From Candidatus Thorarchaeota archaeon (GTDB lineage: Archaea; Asgardarchaeota; Thorarchaeia; Thorarchaeales; Thorarchaeaceae), in contig CAVSBO010000013.1 in NCBI GenBank assembly GCA_963726195.1, forward strand, positions 32,001 to 96,000: DNA of 64,000 nt, written 5' to 3'. The notes under the pieces are model-generated. The model was not told the DNA's origin and did not search any database. It saw nothing but the letters and a program-made list of their open reading frames with translations. The translations under genes were made by a program, and so were the position numbers. Below are positions 41,661-50,800 of the stretch, one piece after another. How positions within the stretch are numbered: the first letter of the stretch is position 1; each line of letters opens with the position of its first letter.

Positions 41661-42761
41661 ATGAGCGATTTTGCGAATGAATTGCATAGGCTCGTTATTG
41701 CGGAGACAAGGAGTGCAAGAGAGGCCTCGATTCACAAGCGCCCTGTTAGACCTGCCATCGTGCCCTCTTCTGCATGGACGACAGAGACTCGTATTTCGTC
41801 TGAAACTGGAAAGGCTTTGTCTATCGTGTTTTCCACTATAGGATGCGCTCATGCCCGGGGTGCTTTAGGGGGTTGCACTATGTGCAGCTACCTTCTGGAC
41901 GGTACTCAAAGGTCACCGTCGTCTGAAGAGCTACAACAGCAATTCATGAATGCAATGTCGAAACTGGACGCAGAGCACGGCCCGGTCTCTGTGAAGCTCT
42001 ACACGAGTGGTAGCTTCTTGGACCCGGGTGAGGTTCCGGTCTCTGCCAGGTCTGCGATACTGGAAATGCTTGCTAGTGACAGCAGAGTACGTGAGGTAGT
42101 GCTGGAATCACGCCCTGAGTATGTGTCTCAAGAGGTCATGGTCGAGTTGAGAAGGTCTCTAGGAGACATTGAGATTGAACTTGGCATTGGCTTGGAGAGC
42201 AGTAACGATCTGATTAGGTCCATATGTGTCAACAAAGGTTTCTCAGGGGAGGACTTTCATAATGCGGTCGAGATCGCACGGTCAGAAGGCATCGGTGTAC
42301 GGGCTTATGTTTTGGTAAAGCCTCCTTTCCTGACAGAGAGGGATGCTCTTCTTGATGCTACACAGACGATTCAGGATGCGGCCTCAATGGGTGTCACAAC
42401 GATATCCATCAACCCGGTCAATGTGCAGAGCTATACTCTGGTCGAGAGGCTGTGGTCCAGAGGCGAGTACAGGCCTCCTTGGTTATGGACTGTTGTCGAA
42501 GTTCTCAAAAGGTCAAGCAGTTCCATAGGAGATTCAATCAGAATCGTATGCGACCCTGTTGCAGCAGGAAGGCTGCGCGGAACACACAACTGCGGGGCTT
42601 GTGATGAAAGCATCTCGCATGCTATCAGCAAGTTCTCTCTGATTCAGGACGCATCTGTTCTTGACGGTCTCAACTGTGGTTGCTTGTCTGTCTGGCATCA
42701 CGTGCTAGAGCATGAAGACTCATCACTACTGGTTCATGACCACACCTCTCTAGGCAAGTGA
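41661..42761 (+). CDS. Archaeosine biosynthesis radical SAM protein RaSEA
   Basis: GC......GGCTMC (CX7CX2C-type), KLYTSGSFLD, ESRPEY, IGLES, YVLVKPPFLTE, YRPPWLW and RGTHNCG motifs; directly downstream of arcS. Confidence 0.92.
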   Translation: MSDFANELHRLVIAETRSAREASIHKRPVRPAIVPSSAWTTETRISSETGKALSIVFSTIGCAHARGALGGCTMCSYLLDGTQRSPSSEELQQQFMNAMSKLDAEHGPVSVKLYTSGSFLDPGEVPVSARSAILEMLASDSRVREVVLESRPEYVSQEVMVELRRSLGDIEIELGIGLESSNDLIRSICVNKGFSGEDFHNAVEIARSEGIGVRAYVLVKPPFLTERDALLDATQTIQDAASMGVTTISINPVNVQSYTLVERLWSRGEYRPPWLWTVVEVLKRSSSSIGDSIRIVCDPVAAGRLRGTHNCGACDESISHAISKFSLIQDASVLDGLNCGCLSVWHHVLEHEDSSLLVHDHTSLGK

Positions 42762-42825
42762 CACGGAAAGTGTTATAGGAACAGAAGGGGAATGTGTCCC
42801 GTTCCTGATATGCGAGGTCTGCAAA

Positions 42826-43182
42826 ATGGCAAGATACGTCACTCGAGTTTCTGTGTGGTTCAACAGCGAAGGTGCAAGCCCTTCAGTGGTCATAAAGAAG
42901 CTTGTGAGTCTTGGATTCATTCCAGTGCGTGGTGCGTATGACTTCATCTACAAGCACGAATCGCCTGAGGACATGACGGAATCAGAACTCGGTACCGCCA
43001 TAATCGAGATTTCTAACGCTCTTCACAAGACTCTTGCAGGGTTCAAGGTTCTTTATACACTAGACACACACACATTGGACGACGAAGCCGACTACGTCCC
43101 TCTCGAGGACATAGATGCAGAACTTGAAGCCACAAGAAAGGAAATCCAAGAACTGGAAAGGGAAACATCAGAATTGGATTAG
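42826..43182 (+). CDS. Conserved archaeal hypothetical protein with acidic coiled-coil tail
   Basis: FNSEGASPS...KL..LGF.P..G.YDF.Y pattern; GAGGT RBS. Confidence 0.75.
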   Translation: MARYVTRVSVWFNSEGASPSVVIKKLVSLGFIPVRGAYDFIYKHESPEDMTESELGTAIIEISNALHKTLAGFKVLYTLDTHTLDDEADYVPLEDIDAELEATRKEIQELERETSELD

Positions 43183-43183
43183 A

Positions 43184-43217
43184 ATGAGCGAGGGGGCAGG
43201 AATGCCCCGTCACTCAT
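43184..43217. terminator. Hairpin between convergent genes
   Basis: ATGAG..GGGGCA / TGCCCC..CTCAT stems. Confidence 0.5.
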
Positions 43218-43229
43218 CATGGAATTGTA

Positions 43230-45014
43230 CTAGTCAGAAGTCACTTCTGGTTCGCGACGCTGGTACTCGCCTTCTCCTTTGACTACAATGCGGAGAGACT
43301 TCTTATCGTTTGGATTCATGCGAGCCCATGTCCAAACCAAATCAGTGCCTTCCTTCGCCGGATTCCGCTGTGGCTCTTCCTCTCGAGGCTCAGTCGATAC
43401 GTAGGTGAAGCCGGTTGGCAGCCAGTCCACGAGCTTCACGTTCTCGGTAGTGACTTCACCTTTGTTCTCAACGGCCAAGGTAATTATGTATTCGCCGGTC
43501 TTGGAGCCCTTGCTGATTGCCTTCTTCGCTGAGATGCGGCGCTTGCGATATATCACACCAATCTTGTGGGCAAAGGGCGTACTCATGACCTCGGTGGTCA
43601 GTCCTGCGGGGTGAGTGTTGGCCCAGCAGTGAATGGGACTGGGGTATTCCTTCTCAGGTCTGTTCCGCCACGCCATAACTGCGTAATTGATTTTCACGCT
43701 GTCGCCGGGCTTCAGTTCGCCTATGCTATCCCTCATGTCAGCGAACTTGAATCTGATTTTATGCGGCTTCTCAGGGTTCTGGTCGTCAGGGGTAATTGTG
43801 GCACTGTAGTCTCCAGTGAACTCCTTTCCAGCGATCCAGACTGTGATATGTTCCTTCTTGGGAGGCATCACATCATCAGGCAGACTATCTTCAACCTCCA
43901 GCTGGTCGAGGCGCGCCGAACCGCTGTTCGTAACCTCGATTGTCACTTCGACAGGTGTCTTGTCAAGACTGCTGACCTCAGGCGGATCGAATGCCTTCGT
44001 GTAGGTGATTCTGTAGACCGGGACAGTCTGTGGCAATTTGCTCGATGTCCCGATTATCCTCTTCTTGATTGTGCGAATAGGAGTGTACGCAACATCGGGT
44101 GCGCATTTCGGGGGGGACTTGCTTTCAACTTGGAACGCAGATTTCCACACCTCTCTCGGCTTCATTTCAAGACGGGGTGCGGCATCGATCATCTTTTGTC
44201 TGTCACCGCCCCGCTCCGGGGTGAGAAACACTACGGCCTTGTCAAGACGGACTATCAAGTCTGTCTCGTTTGAACACTCAAGAGTGCATTCCCAACGGTT
44301 GGGTTCATTCTCAGCTGTCTCTATGCTGCTTTGGAATTCTGTGAGTGCGCTTATGTCAGGATTCAGAGCTGATCTTTGCTGATCCTCAGATTTGTAGCTG
44401 ATGGCGACTTCGCCCGCGTTTTTCTCAGTCACGTCATCAACATGACCTACGGCCGAAAGTATCAGCGTAGACTCCTCTTTGGGATAAATCACGAAGTCCT
44501 TCCACACAACTTGACGGGTTCCTTCATCAAACTTGGCTGTGCCAGATTTGACGCTTTCTACTTTCACCTTCGTAAGCTCTGGAGAGATTGTTTTGTTGAA
44601 CACAATACTGTCAATCTGACCATCTGTTTCGTTCTTGATGTGCAGTGTGATCTTGACTGGGTTATCCTTACCATACACGTAAGCCCAGTGCGGGCTCTCA
44701 GCGGCCACGCTGCTGCATGTGTCATATGTCTCGCTGATTGTGAGGATAGGCGCGTCAACTGTTATGCCATAGCCTGTAGTCCACTTTGCACCAGCATCAA
44801 TCTCACCGGCTGACAACATCGCGTCCTTGACAGTCGTGCCGCCTTTGCTGTCGCCCAGGTTGATTCTCACGTTCCATATTCGAGTTTCTGCTGAAACATT
44901 CTTTACAGTCAGTACCCCTGATGCTTCCGCTGACTCAAGTTCGCTCAGCTCACCGAAGCGGCTCTTTTCGCTTTCTTCCAAGTCTATTATCACAGTCTTG
45001 CGCTCGCTCATCAA
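43230..45014 (-). CDS. Cytoplasmic multi-beta-sandwich protein: N-terminal mu-homology-like domain plus DUF11-like Ig domains
   Basis: No signal peptide or TM. Motifs VIIDLEES...SAEASGVLTVK and GTAKFD.....VVWK......ES.L, plus repeats I..V.N.G.......V.D.LP..F. Confidence 0.65.
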   Translation of the reverse strand: MMSERKTVIIDLEESEKSRFGELSELESAEASGVLTVKNVSAETRIWNVRINLGDSKGGTTVKDAMLSAGEIDAGAKWTTGYGITVDAPILTISETYDTCSSVAAESPHWAYVYGKDNPVKITLHIKNETDGQIDSIVFNKTISPELTKVKVESVKSGTAKFDEGTRQVVWKDFVIYPKEESTLILSAVGHVDDVTEKNAGEVAISYKSEDQQRSALNPDISALTEFQSSIETAENEPNRWECTLECSNETDLIVRLDKAVVFLTPERGGDRQKMIDAAPRLEMKPREVWKSAFQVESKSPPKCAPDVAYTPIRTIKKRIIGTSSKLPQTVPVYRITYTKAFDPPEVSSLDKTPVEVTIEVTNSGSARLDQLEVEDSLPDDVMPPKKEHITVWIAGKEFTGDYSATITPDDQNPEKPHKIRFKFADMRDSIGELKPGDSVKINYAVMAWRNRPEKEYPSPIHCWANTHPAGLTTEVMSTPFAHKIGVIYRKRRISAKKAISKGSKTGEYIITLAVENKGEVTTENVKLVDWLPTGFTYVSTEPREEEPQRNPAKEGTDLVWTWARMNPNDKKSLRIVVKGEGEYQRREPEVTSD

Positions 45015-45034
45015 CAGCTCACCTGCCTACATAC

Positions 45035-45730
45035 TCATGTTAGTTTGTACCTGAATTCATTGCCTGCGGCCCAATCAATTTCGAGAACTTGTCTCGGTTC
45101 CATAAGCATCGGAATGGTAGTACTCGCGAACTGCTCCAAGTACTTCCGAAACTTCGTATTCTGCTCTGGTGTGGTCGACCTTACCGGAATCCCTATTCTC
45201 GGTTTTGCGTCTATGCAGAGGCTGACCGCATCCTTGACTCCAAATACCTGACCTTCGCCTATCGGAACTATCATTACATCAGAGTCAATCTGCCCAAACG
45301 GGCCTCGAACAACTGTGTCACCTAGGTAGGCGACCTTCATCCCTGACATTTCAATGTACAATCCTAAGTTCTCTGCCCTTTCTCCTGACTTAGGGTCTGC
45401 TCTCTGAAGAGAGTAGGGAATAATCTTCAAACCCGGGATTTGATAGGACTCTTCTGGTTTCAACACACGAAGAAGCCAGGGCTTTCCTCCCTGTGACTTT
45501 GCCTTTTCAATCGTCTGCTCGTTTCCCAAAATCCAAGCCTTGGCTCTTGTCGCAATAGCAGTAGCATTACCCATTGCGTCATCGAAGTGGTTAGTTGCCA
45601 CTACAATCTTCACATCGCTATCTTCGGGCACCGCGGGTTTGCCGTCCCATATGCCCGGGTTCAGCAGCACGGATGTGTCTTTGGAATCAAGTCTGAACGA
45701 AGTGCGACCGAGGTATGTAATCTTGAGCAA
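45035..45730 (-). CDS. Metallo-beta-lactamase-fold protein (UPF0173-like) with metal ligands lost
   Basis: ITYLGRTSFRL, TNHFDDAMG (in place of THxHxDH), YLGDT, VPIG and KPRIGIP. Confidence 0.8.
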   Translation of the reverse strand: MLKITYLGRTSFRLDSKDTSVLLNPGIWDGKPAVPEDSDVKIVVATNHFDDAMGNATAIATRAKAWILGNEQTIEKAKSQGGKPWLLRVLKPEESYQIPGLKIIPYSLQRADPKSGERAENLGLYIEMSGMKVAYLGDTVVRGPFGQIDSDVMIVPIGEGQVFGVKDAVSLCIDAKPRIGIPVRSTTPEQNTKFRKYLEQFASTTIPMLMEPRQVLEIDWAAGNEFRYKLT

Positions 45731-45967
45731 CTGGCCACTTCCATTAGTACTGTTACTTGCTGCAAGGTTGGAACTCCTGCAGCTAATGATACTCTAGTTC
45801 CTAATCCTTAAAAACAAAATTCGCATTGGTGCTCATTTCGAAGCACCAGCGGCATACTATGAGATTACTTCACAGTCGTGTGCAAAGGTTATTGAGTGCA
45901 TTGGATTGCGAAGCGACGAGTGCCCCGTTAGCATCAACATAATGAATGGATTCCGGAGACCTGCAAC

Positions 45968-46873
45968 ATGTACGAGTACAAATCGCAACAACGTACGATT
46001 GAATTCGGGGGCGTGAAGATTGGAGGGATACCGGGCCTTGCGCCAACAGTCCTGATAGGTTCCATCTTCTATTCGAAAGACAAGTTGGTGCTTGACCCAA
46101 AGACTGGTGAAATAGACAAGCCTCAGGCAGATAGAATTCTTCTCGAGCTCTCAGACATATCAACCAAGACCGGGCTGCCCAGTATGTTGGATGTTGTAGC
46201 TTCGTCATCACCTGCAATGGGGCAATACCTTTCATACCTGGCCGACAAAACCAGCATGCCTCTGCTAATCGATGGTTCCGGCTCCCAGGAAGTGAACCTA
46301 GCTGGGATAGAGATGGCTCGCGAGAACGGACTGCTTGACAGGGTCATGCTTAATTCACTGACACCTGAGACCAGTGACGAAATGTACACGAAGCTGCAGG
46401 AGTCTGGGCTAAAGGGCGCAGTCATCCTCACGTTTTCGAAGGATGCTATGTCCTCGGTCGCAAGGAGAACTGAGCTTGCCGAACAAATCTTGGCCAAGGC
46501 CACAAACGCAGGGCTCAGCAATTTGATAATCGATACCGGAGTAGTAGACCTGCTCACGCTAGGGCTTGCCTGCAAGGCAATGCAGTCAATCAAAGATAGG
46601 TTCGGGTACCCAGTAGGTTGCGGTGCGCACAATGCAGTAAACATGTGGGCTGGCTTGGTTCCGAAATTCGGGAAGGATGCGAAGAACCCAGCCCTTGTAG
46701 GGGCAAGTCTTATGCCTGTGGTTCTAGGCGCTGATTTCGTTCTTTACGGACCCGTGAAACATGCGCCCATTGTCTTTCCATCAGTGGCAATGATTGACAC
46801 CGCTCTCTCAGGCGTGCTGCTGGAAAAGAAAATCCGACCAGACCGACAACATCCTCGCTTCAAGATTGGCTAG
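45968..46873 (+). CDS. MtrH-like tetrahydromethanopterin/pterin methyltransferase
   Basis: GVKIGG.PG..PTVLIGSIFY..DK.V.D...G..DK, PLLID, LNSL, IDTGV, GYPVGCGAHNA and GADFVLYGP motifs. Confidence 0.9.
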   Translation: MYEYKSQQRTIEFGGVKIGGIPGLAPTVLIGSIFYSKDKLVLDPKTGEIDKPQADRILLELSDISTKTGLPSMLDVVASSSPAMGQYLSYLADKTSMPLLIDGSGSQEVNLAGIEMARENGLLDRVMLNSLTPETSDEMYTKLQESGLKGAVILTFSKDAMSSVARRTELAEQILAKATNAGLSNLIIDTGVVDLLTLGLACKAMQSIKDRFGYPVGCGAHNAVNMWAGLVPKFGKDAKNPALVGASLMPVVLGADFVLYGPVKHAPIVFPSVAMIDTALSGVLLEKKIRPDRQHPRFKIG

Positions 46874-46884
46874 GTGAACTGCAA

Positions 46885-48480
46885 TTGCCAAGACCTGTCC
46901 TAATGTTTGAACCATCAGGACAAAGAATCTCCATATCACAATCCACGACGGTCCTTGATGCTGCACGCAGTCTTGGTCTTCCTGTTGCCACAGATTGCGG
47001 GGGTCGCGGCACCTGTGGAAAATGCAGAGTTAAGTTTCAACCGGCACCTCCTCCGACTCAAAGCGATTTTCAACATCTCTCGAACGACGAAATCGCAGAG
47101 GGCATTCGTCTGGCCTGTCAGCATGTGATAGAGACAGACACAAGAGTTGTCGTTCCCTATCCAGAAGCACAGGCCAAGATTCTGGTCGGGGGATCCTCCA
47201 GGGCCGCGATGCAGAGGTTGGACAAGGGCCGTGCAGGACAGTTGGGAGTTGCAATAGACCTGGGGACGACAACAATAGTAGCGTACCTGCTGGACCTTGG
47301 AAACGGCGTTCAGATTGAGCAGCAGGCGATGCTCAACCCCGAGGTTGCCTATGGGGAGGACGTAATGTCACGCATTGCTTATGCCATGAGTTTGCGGGGA
47401 GGGGGCGAGACACTACGCCGATGTGTGCTTCGCGGTATCGATGAGCTTGTGGTTCGGCTTCTATCTGCGGGAGGAGTTCAGCCAGACATCGTATCGCGTG
47501 TCTCGCTTGTGGGAAACACTGCCATGCACCATCTTCTCCTAGGATTGAATATCCGCAGTCTCGGTCTTGCACCATACAAGCCAGCAATGCGAAACTCACT
47601 CACGAAATCATCGCGAGAAATCGGGCTGCAGTCCGTTCCTAAGGCCCAGGTATACATTGCACCGAATATTGAAGGCTTCATAGGCAGTGATACGGTTGGT
47701 CTGATAGTATCACAGGGTCTCAACTCGGTTGAGGGCACCGTACTGGCAATAGACATCGGAACCAATGCGGAGATAGTTCTTTCAGTTCATGGGCGTCTCA
47801 TGTGTTGTTCAGCAGCGGCCGGTCCTGCGTTTGAGGGAGCAAGAATCAAGCATGGCATGAGGGGCGAGGAGGGCGCGATAGAGCATGTACATATCAACAA
47901 TCCCTCGGAGCCTCCGGAACTTTCTGTGATAGGCCTAGCTCCTCCTCGAGGGGTTTGCGGGTCCGCAATTGTAGACGTTGCTGCAGAACTGTTGAGAACA
48001 GGTTTGATTGATCGCACTGGCCGAATGCAAGAATCGAGAAGGGTTGTCCGTGATGGCGAACATGGTCTTTGCTACATTGTAGCAGAGCCGGGCGAGTCTG
48101 GCGCAGACCGGCGTGTTGTGTTCACTCAGGAAGACGTGAGGCAGGTCCAGCTGGCTAAGGCGGCGATATCTGCTGGTGCCGAGGTTTTGATGGACGAGTA
48201 TGGCATTACTTCATCTGACATTGATGCACTTCTATTGGCAGGCGCATTTGGTAACTTCATCCGTCCCGAGAGTGCTCTTGCAATTGGTCTGCTGCCTCCT
48301 GTTGCCCTTGAAAGAATAGTACCAGTTGGAAATGCCGCAGGCGAAGGGGCAAAGAGGCTTCTGTTGTCTTCTAGAGAGAGGACCTTGGCGGAAAAGGTAA
48401 GCGCCTCCGCCAAGTATGTCAACCTTGCTGCTCATCCAGCCTTCGCTCAGAAGTTCTTGGAAGCCACGGTGATAGGCTAG
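46885..48480 (+). CDS. ATP-dependent corrinoid reductive activator (RACo/RamA-like; 2Fe-2S plus ASKHA/DUF4445)
   Basis: CGGRGTCGKC..RLACQ, AIDLGTTT, YGEDVMSRI, GNTAMHH, IDIGTNAE, AAGPAFEG, GVCGS, QLAKAAI, LAGAFG and GNAA motifs. Confidence 0.93.
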   Translation: MPRPVLMFEPSGQRISISQSTTVLDAARSLGLPVATDCGGRGTCGKCRVKFQPAPPPTQSDFQHLSNDEIAEGIRLACQHVIETDTRVVVPYPEAQAKILVGGSSRAAMQRLDKGRAGQLGVAIDLGTTTIVAYLLDLGNGVQIEQQAMLNPEVAYGEDVMSRIAYAMSLRGGGETLRRCVLRGIDELVVRLLSAGGVQPDIVSRVSLVGNTAMHHLLLGLNIRSLGLAPYKPAMRNSLTKSSREIGLQSVPKAQVYIAPNIEGFIGSDTVGLIVSQGLNSVEGTVLAIDIGTNAEIVLSVHGRLMCCSAAAGPAFEGARIKHGMRGEEGAIEHVHINNPSEPPELSVIGLAPPRGVCGSAIVDVAAELLRTGLIDRTGRMQESRRVVRDGEHGLCYIVAEPGESGADRRVVFTQEDVRQVQLAKAAISAGAEVLMDEYGITSSDIDALLLAGAFGNFIRPESALAIGLLPPVALERIVPVGNAAGEGAKRLLLSSRERTLAEKVSASAKYVNLAAHPAFAQKFLEATVIG

Positions 48481-48485
48481 GTTGG

Positions 48486-48549
48486 AGACCGCCAGAACCC
48501 GCTTTCGTCTGCGATTCTGACGTAAGGTACTAGTCTTCTTGGCGGGTCT
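48486..48549 (+). terminator. Hairpin downstream of the activator gene
   Basis: AGACCGCCAGAA pairs imperfectly with TTCTTGGCGGGTCT. Confidence 0.4.
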
Positions 48550-48567
48550 TTGAAGCAGGTATCCACA

Positions 48568-48730
48568 ATGAAAGATATATGCTGCTCAGCTTGCTGAGAC
48601 TTCCAGTTCAATTAGCGGACAGCCACACAATCAGCTGGAAACTGCCTTGTCCTCGTTGTGGTGGGCCAGCACAAATGAATCCGGCCCGGGGCTTGGCTAG
48701 TCATACTTCGAATACTGAGGCAAGAACGAA
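48568..48730 (+). promoter_or_regulatory. Promoter, inverted repeat and ~130-nt structured leader of the corrinoid protein gene
   Basis: AAAGATATAT at 48571-80; CTCAGC-TT-GCTGAG at 48585-98; leader stems TTCCAG/CTGGAA, GGGCC/GGCCC and CTTGTCCTC/GAGGCAAG. Confidence 0.45.
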
Positions 48731-49357
48731 ATGACCGACTTGACAGATGCGATGGCAGACCTTGACGAACAAAAAGTGCTCAAGATTGTGAATGAGCAGA
48801 TTCGTACGAAGCAGCCCATTCAGATTCTTGATGATCTAAGACGAGGCTTGGATGTCGTAGGTGACAAATTCTCAAAGAATGAGTATTTTCTGGTTGAGTT
48901 GGTGATGTCGGCCGACATATTCAAGAAAGCGATGACGATTGTTGAGCCGAAGCTACTAGCAAATCAGCGTGCGGGTGCGAAGGGAAAGGTTGTAATCGGG
49001 ACTCCCCAAGGCGACATTCACTACATAGGCAAGAACCTTGTCGTAGCATTCCTCAAGTCCAACGGATTCGAGGTTTACGATTTGGGTGAAGATGTGCCGC
49101 CTGACAAGTTTGTTAGCAAGCTCAAGGAGACTGGAGCGACCATTCTTGCGCTTAGCGGTCTAATCACCACTACACATGACGTCATGCGCACGACGATTGA
49201 GGCACTCAAGACCGCGGGCATCAGAAAGAAGGTCAAAGTAATGATTGGTGGCGGCGACATTAACGAGGAGATAGTGAAATACACAGGTGCCGATGCATTT
49301 GGGAAAGATGCCCTTAGCGCCGTAGAGCTCGCGAAAAAGTTTGCTGCAGGAAAGTGA
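48731..49357 (+). CDS. Corrinoid (B12-binding) methyl-carrier protein, MtaC/MtbC/MttC-like
   Basis: Cap domain plus GDIHYIGKNLV (DxHxxG), DLGEDVP, LSGL and VMIGG motifs. Confidence 0.95.
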   Translation: MTDLTDAMADLDEQKVLKIVNEQIRTKQPIQILDDLRRGLDVVGDKFSKNEYFLVELVMSADIFKKAMTIVEPKLLANQRAGAKGKVVIGTPQGDIHYIGKNLVVAFLKSNGFEVYDLGEDVPPDKFVSKLKETGATILALSGLITTTHDVMRTTIEALKTAGIRKKVKVMIGGGDINEEIVKYTGADAFGKDALSAVELAKKFAAGK

Positions 49358-49482
49358 TCACTGGTCTGTTCTTTCACGATGGTGATTGGCCGCCGAGTGT
49401 TACCTTTTTATGAGCAAGGCCGGACTAGAACTCTGTAGTTGCATATCCGCGGCCAGAGAGCCATTTGCGCAAGAGGGGTCTC

Positions 49483-50781
49483 ATGCTCGAAAGGATTCTT
49501 ACCGATGAATTCAGGAACCAGCTGAAAGCCACCTTCATGGATATTCATAACACTCAGGAGAAGAAGGACGAAGACGAGCTGGCAAAAGACGAGGGAAGAC
49601 TAAGGCACGAGCTAATTGACACCGTAGAACCATACCGGTCCAATGTCGTCTTCGACACAGATTATCTGGTCTCTGCAGTCGATGGTTCTGGCTCCAGTGA
49701 GCTCGCGACTCTCAATGATGTGAGGGTTCACCTGCTAAGCACATCGACCGTTGTACTTGATACGAATACGAGAAATGGTGCACCTTTCATATCGATGGAC
49801 AGAGCGGAGCTGGAGACTGCTCTTGGCCGAGCTCAGCCACACATGGACTCCTACTGGCACTCTGGCGTGAGAGGAGATGCCAGACAGAAGATGGCGGAGA
49901 CGCTCGCAGAGATCTACCCTGTCAGTGACATATCCGAGCTTGTGCTTCCCTTCTTCAGAGACGCGACAAACGGACAGATACAGTCCATCGAGGATCTGTC
50001 AGACTCTCGATACAGCAAGCACGCTGAAATGCTACAAACCATGGAATCGCTCATTTTCTACGAGCAGTTCCTCACAAATACCCTCGTGCACGACGAACTG
50101 CGCAAGGCCTCTGAGTATGCCGCAGCTCGAGCTATCCTAGCCAGTGAAATCAAGCCGAAGTATGTGTTGTTGGATGGCGCAATGTCCATCTTCTTGCATC
50201 AAGTGCGCCAATATCCTTCGCTGCCAACCGGTTTCATGTTAAGGGAGTTGTGTTCGCTTGCGCGTGACAAAGATGCCGTGCTGTCCGCTGTGAGCAAAAG
50301 CCATACGATACCGGGTGCTCATCGAATTGCGGCGTTGGCCGAAGATGAGCTCGGCAAAGGTACTAAGTGGTTCTGTCTTCTTCCGGGCCAAGATGATCCT
50401 GGAGGAGCTCTGAATATTCTGAAGGATAGGACCTATATCCCGCCGTACTTGGCAGTGCCGTATTTGTTCAGTTTCTCTCAGGAGAACCGGCCATCAAGGA
50501 TTGACTTCGACAGGGTTTGGTGGCTCCAGAACATATTCGTGGCAGGGAACCCGAAGAAGACGAGACAGAATGAAAAAGCGCTCTTTCGAGATATTGAGTT
50601 CATGTCAAGAGATGCACGATGGTATGGTTACCCTGTCGCTCTCGCGTTGGCACACGAGGAGTGCAAGATAAGCTACGAGGATCTAAGGATTGCTAAGGAG
50701 GTAGCTGACGATGTTCTTCAGGAACTGGGAATGGGTTCTCGTCGAACAGTGTCCTTCAGAGCAGACTACGATTTACTATAG
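49483..50781 (+). CDS. nurA: NurA 5'-3' nuclease
   Basis: SAVDGS, VLLDGA, AVSKS and GYPVALALAHEECKI motifs; first gene of the herA-mre11-rad50 cluster. Confidence 0.85.
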   Translation: MLERILTDEFRNQLKATFMDIHNTQEKKDEDELAKDEGRLRHELIDTVEPYRSNVVFDTDYLVSAVDGSGSSELATLNDVRVHLLSTSTVVLDTNTRNGAPFISMDRAELETALGRAQPHMDSYWHSGVRGDARQKMAETLAEIYPVSDISELVLPFFRDATNGQIQSIEDLSDSRYSKHAEMLQTMESLIFYEQFLTNTLVHDELRKASEYAAARAILASEIKPKYVLLDGAMSIFLHQVRQYPSLPTGFMLRELCSLARDKDAVLSAVSKSHTIPGAHRIAALAEDELGKGTKWFCLLPGQDDPGGALNILKDRTYIPPYLAVPYLFSFSQENRPSRIDFDRVWWLQNIFVAGNPKKTRQNEKALFRDIEFMSRDARWYGYPVALALAHEECKISYEDLRIAKEVADDVLQELGMGSRRTVSFRADYDLL

Positions 50782-50800
50782 ATAGTTCGAGTGATGTGAT

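Noticed and set aside
48600-48730. Canonical cobalamin riboswitch
   Set aside because: The conserved GGGAA, T-loop and B12-box elements are not recognisable; the region is kept only as a candidate novel leader.
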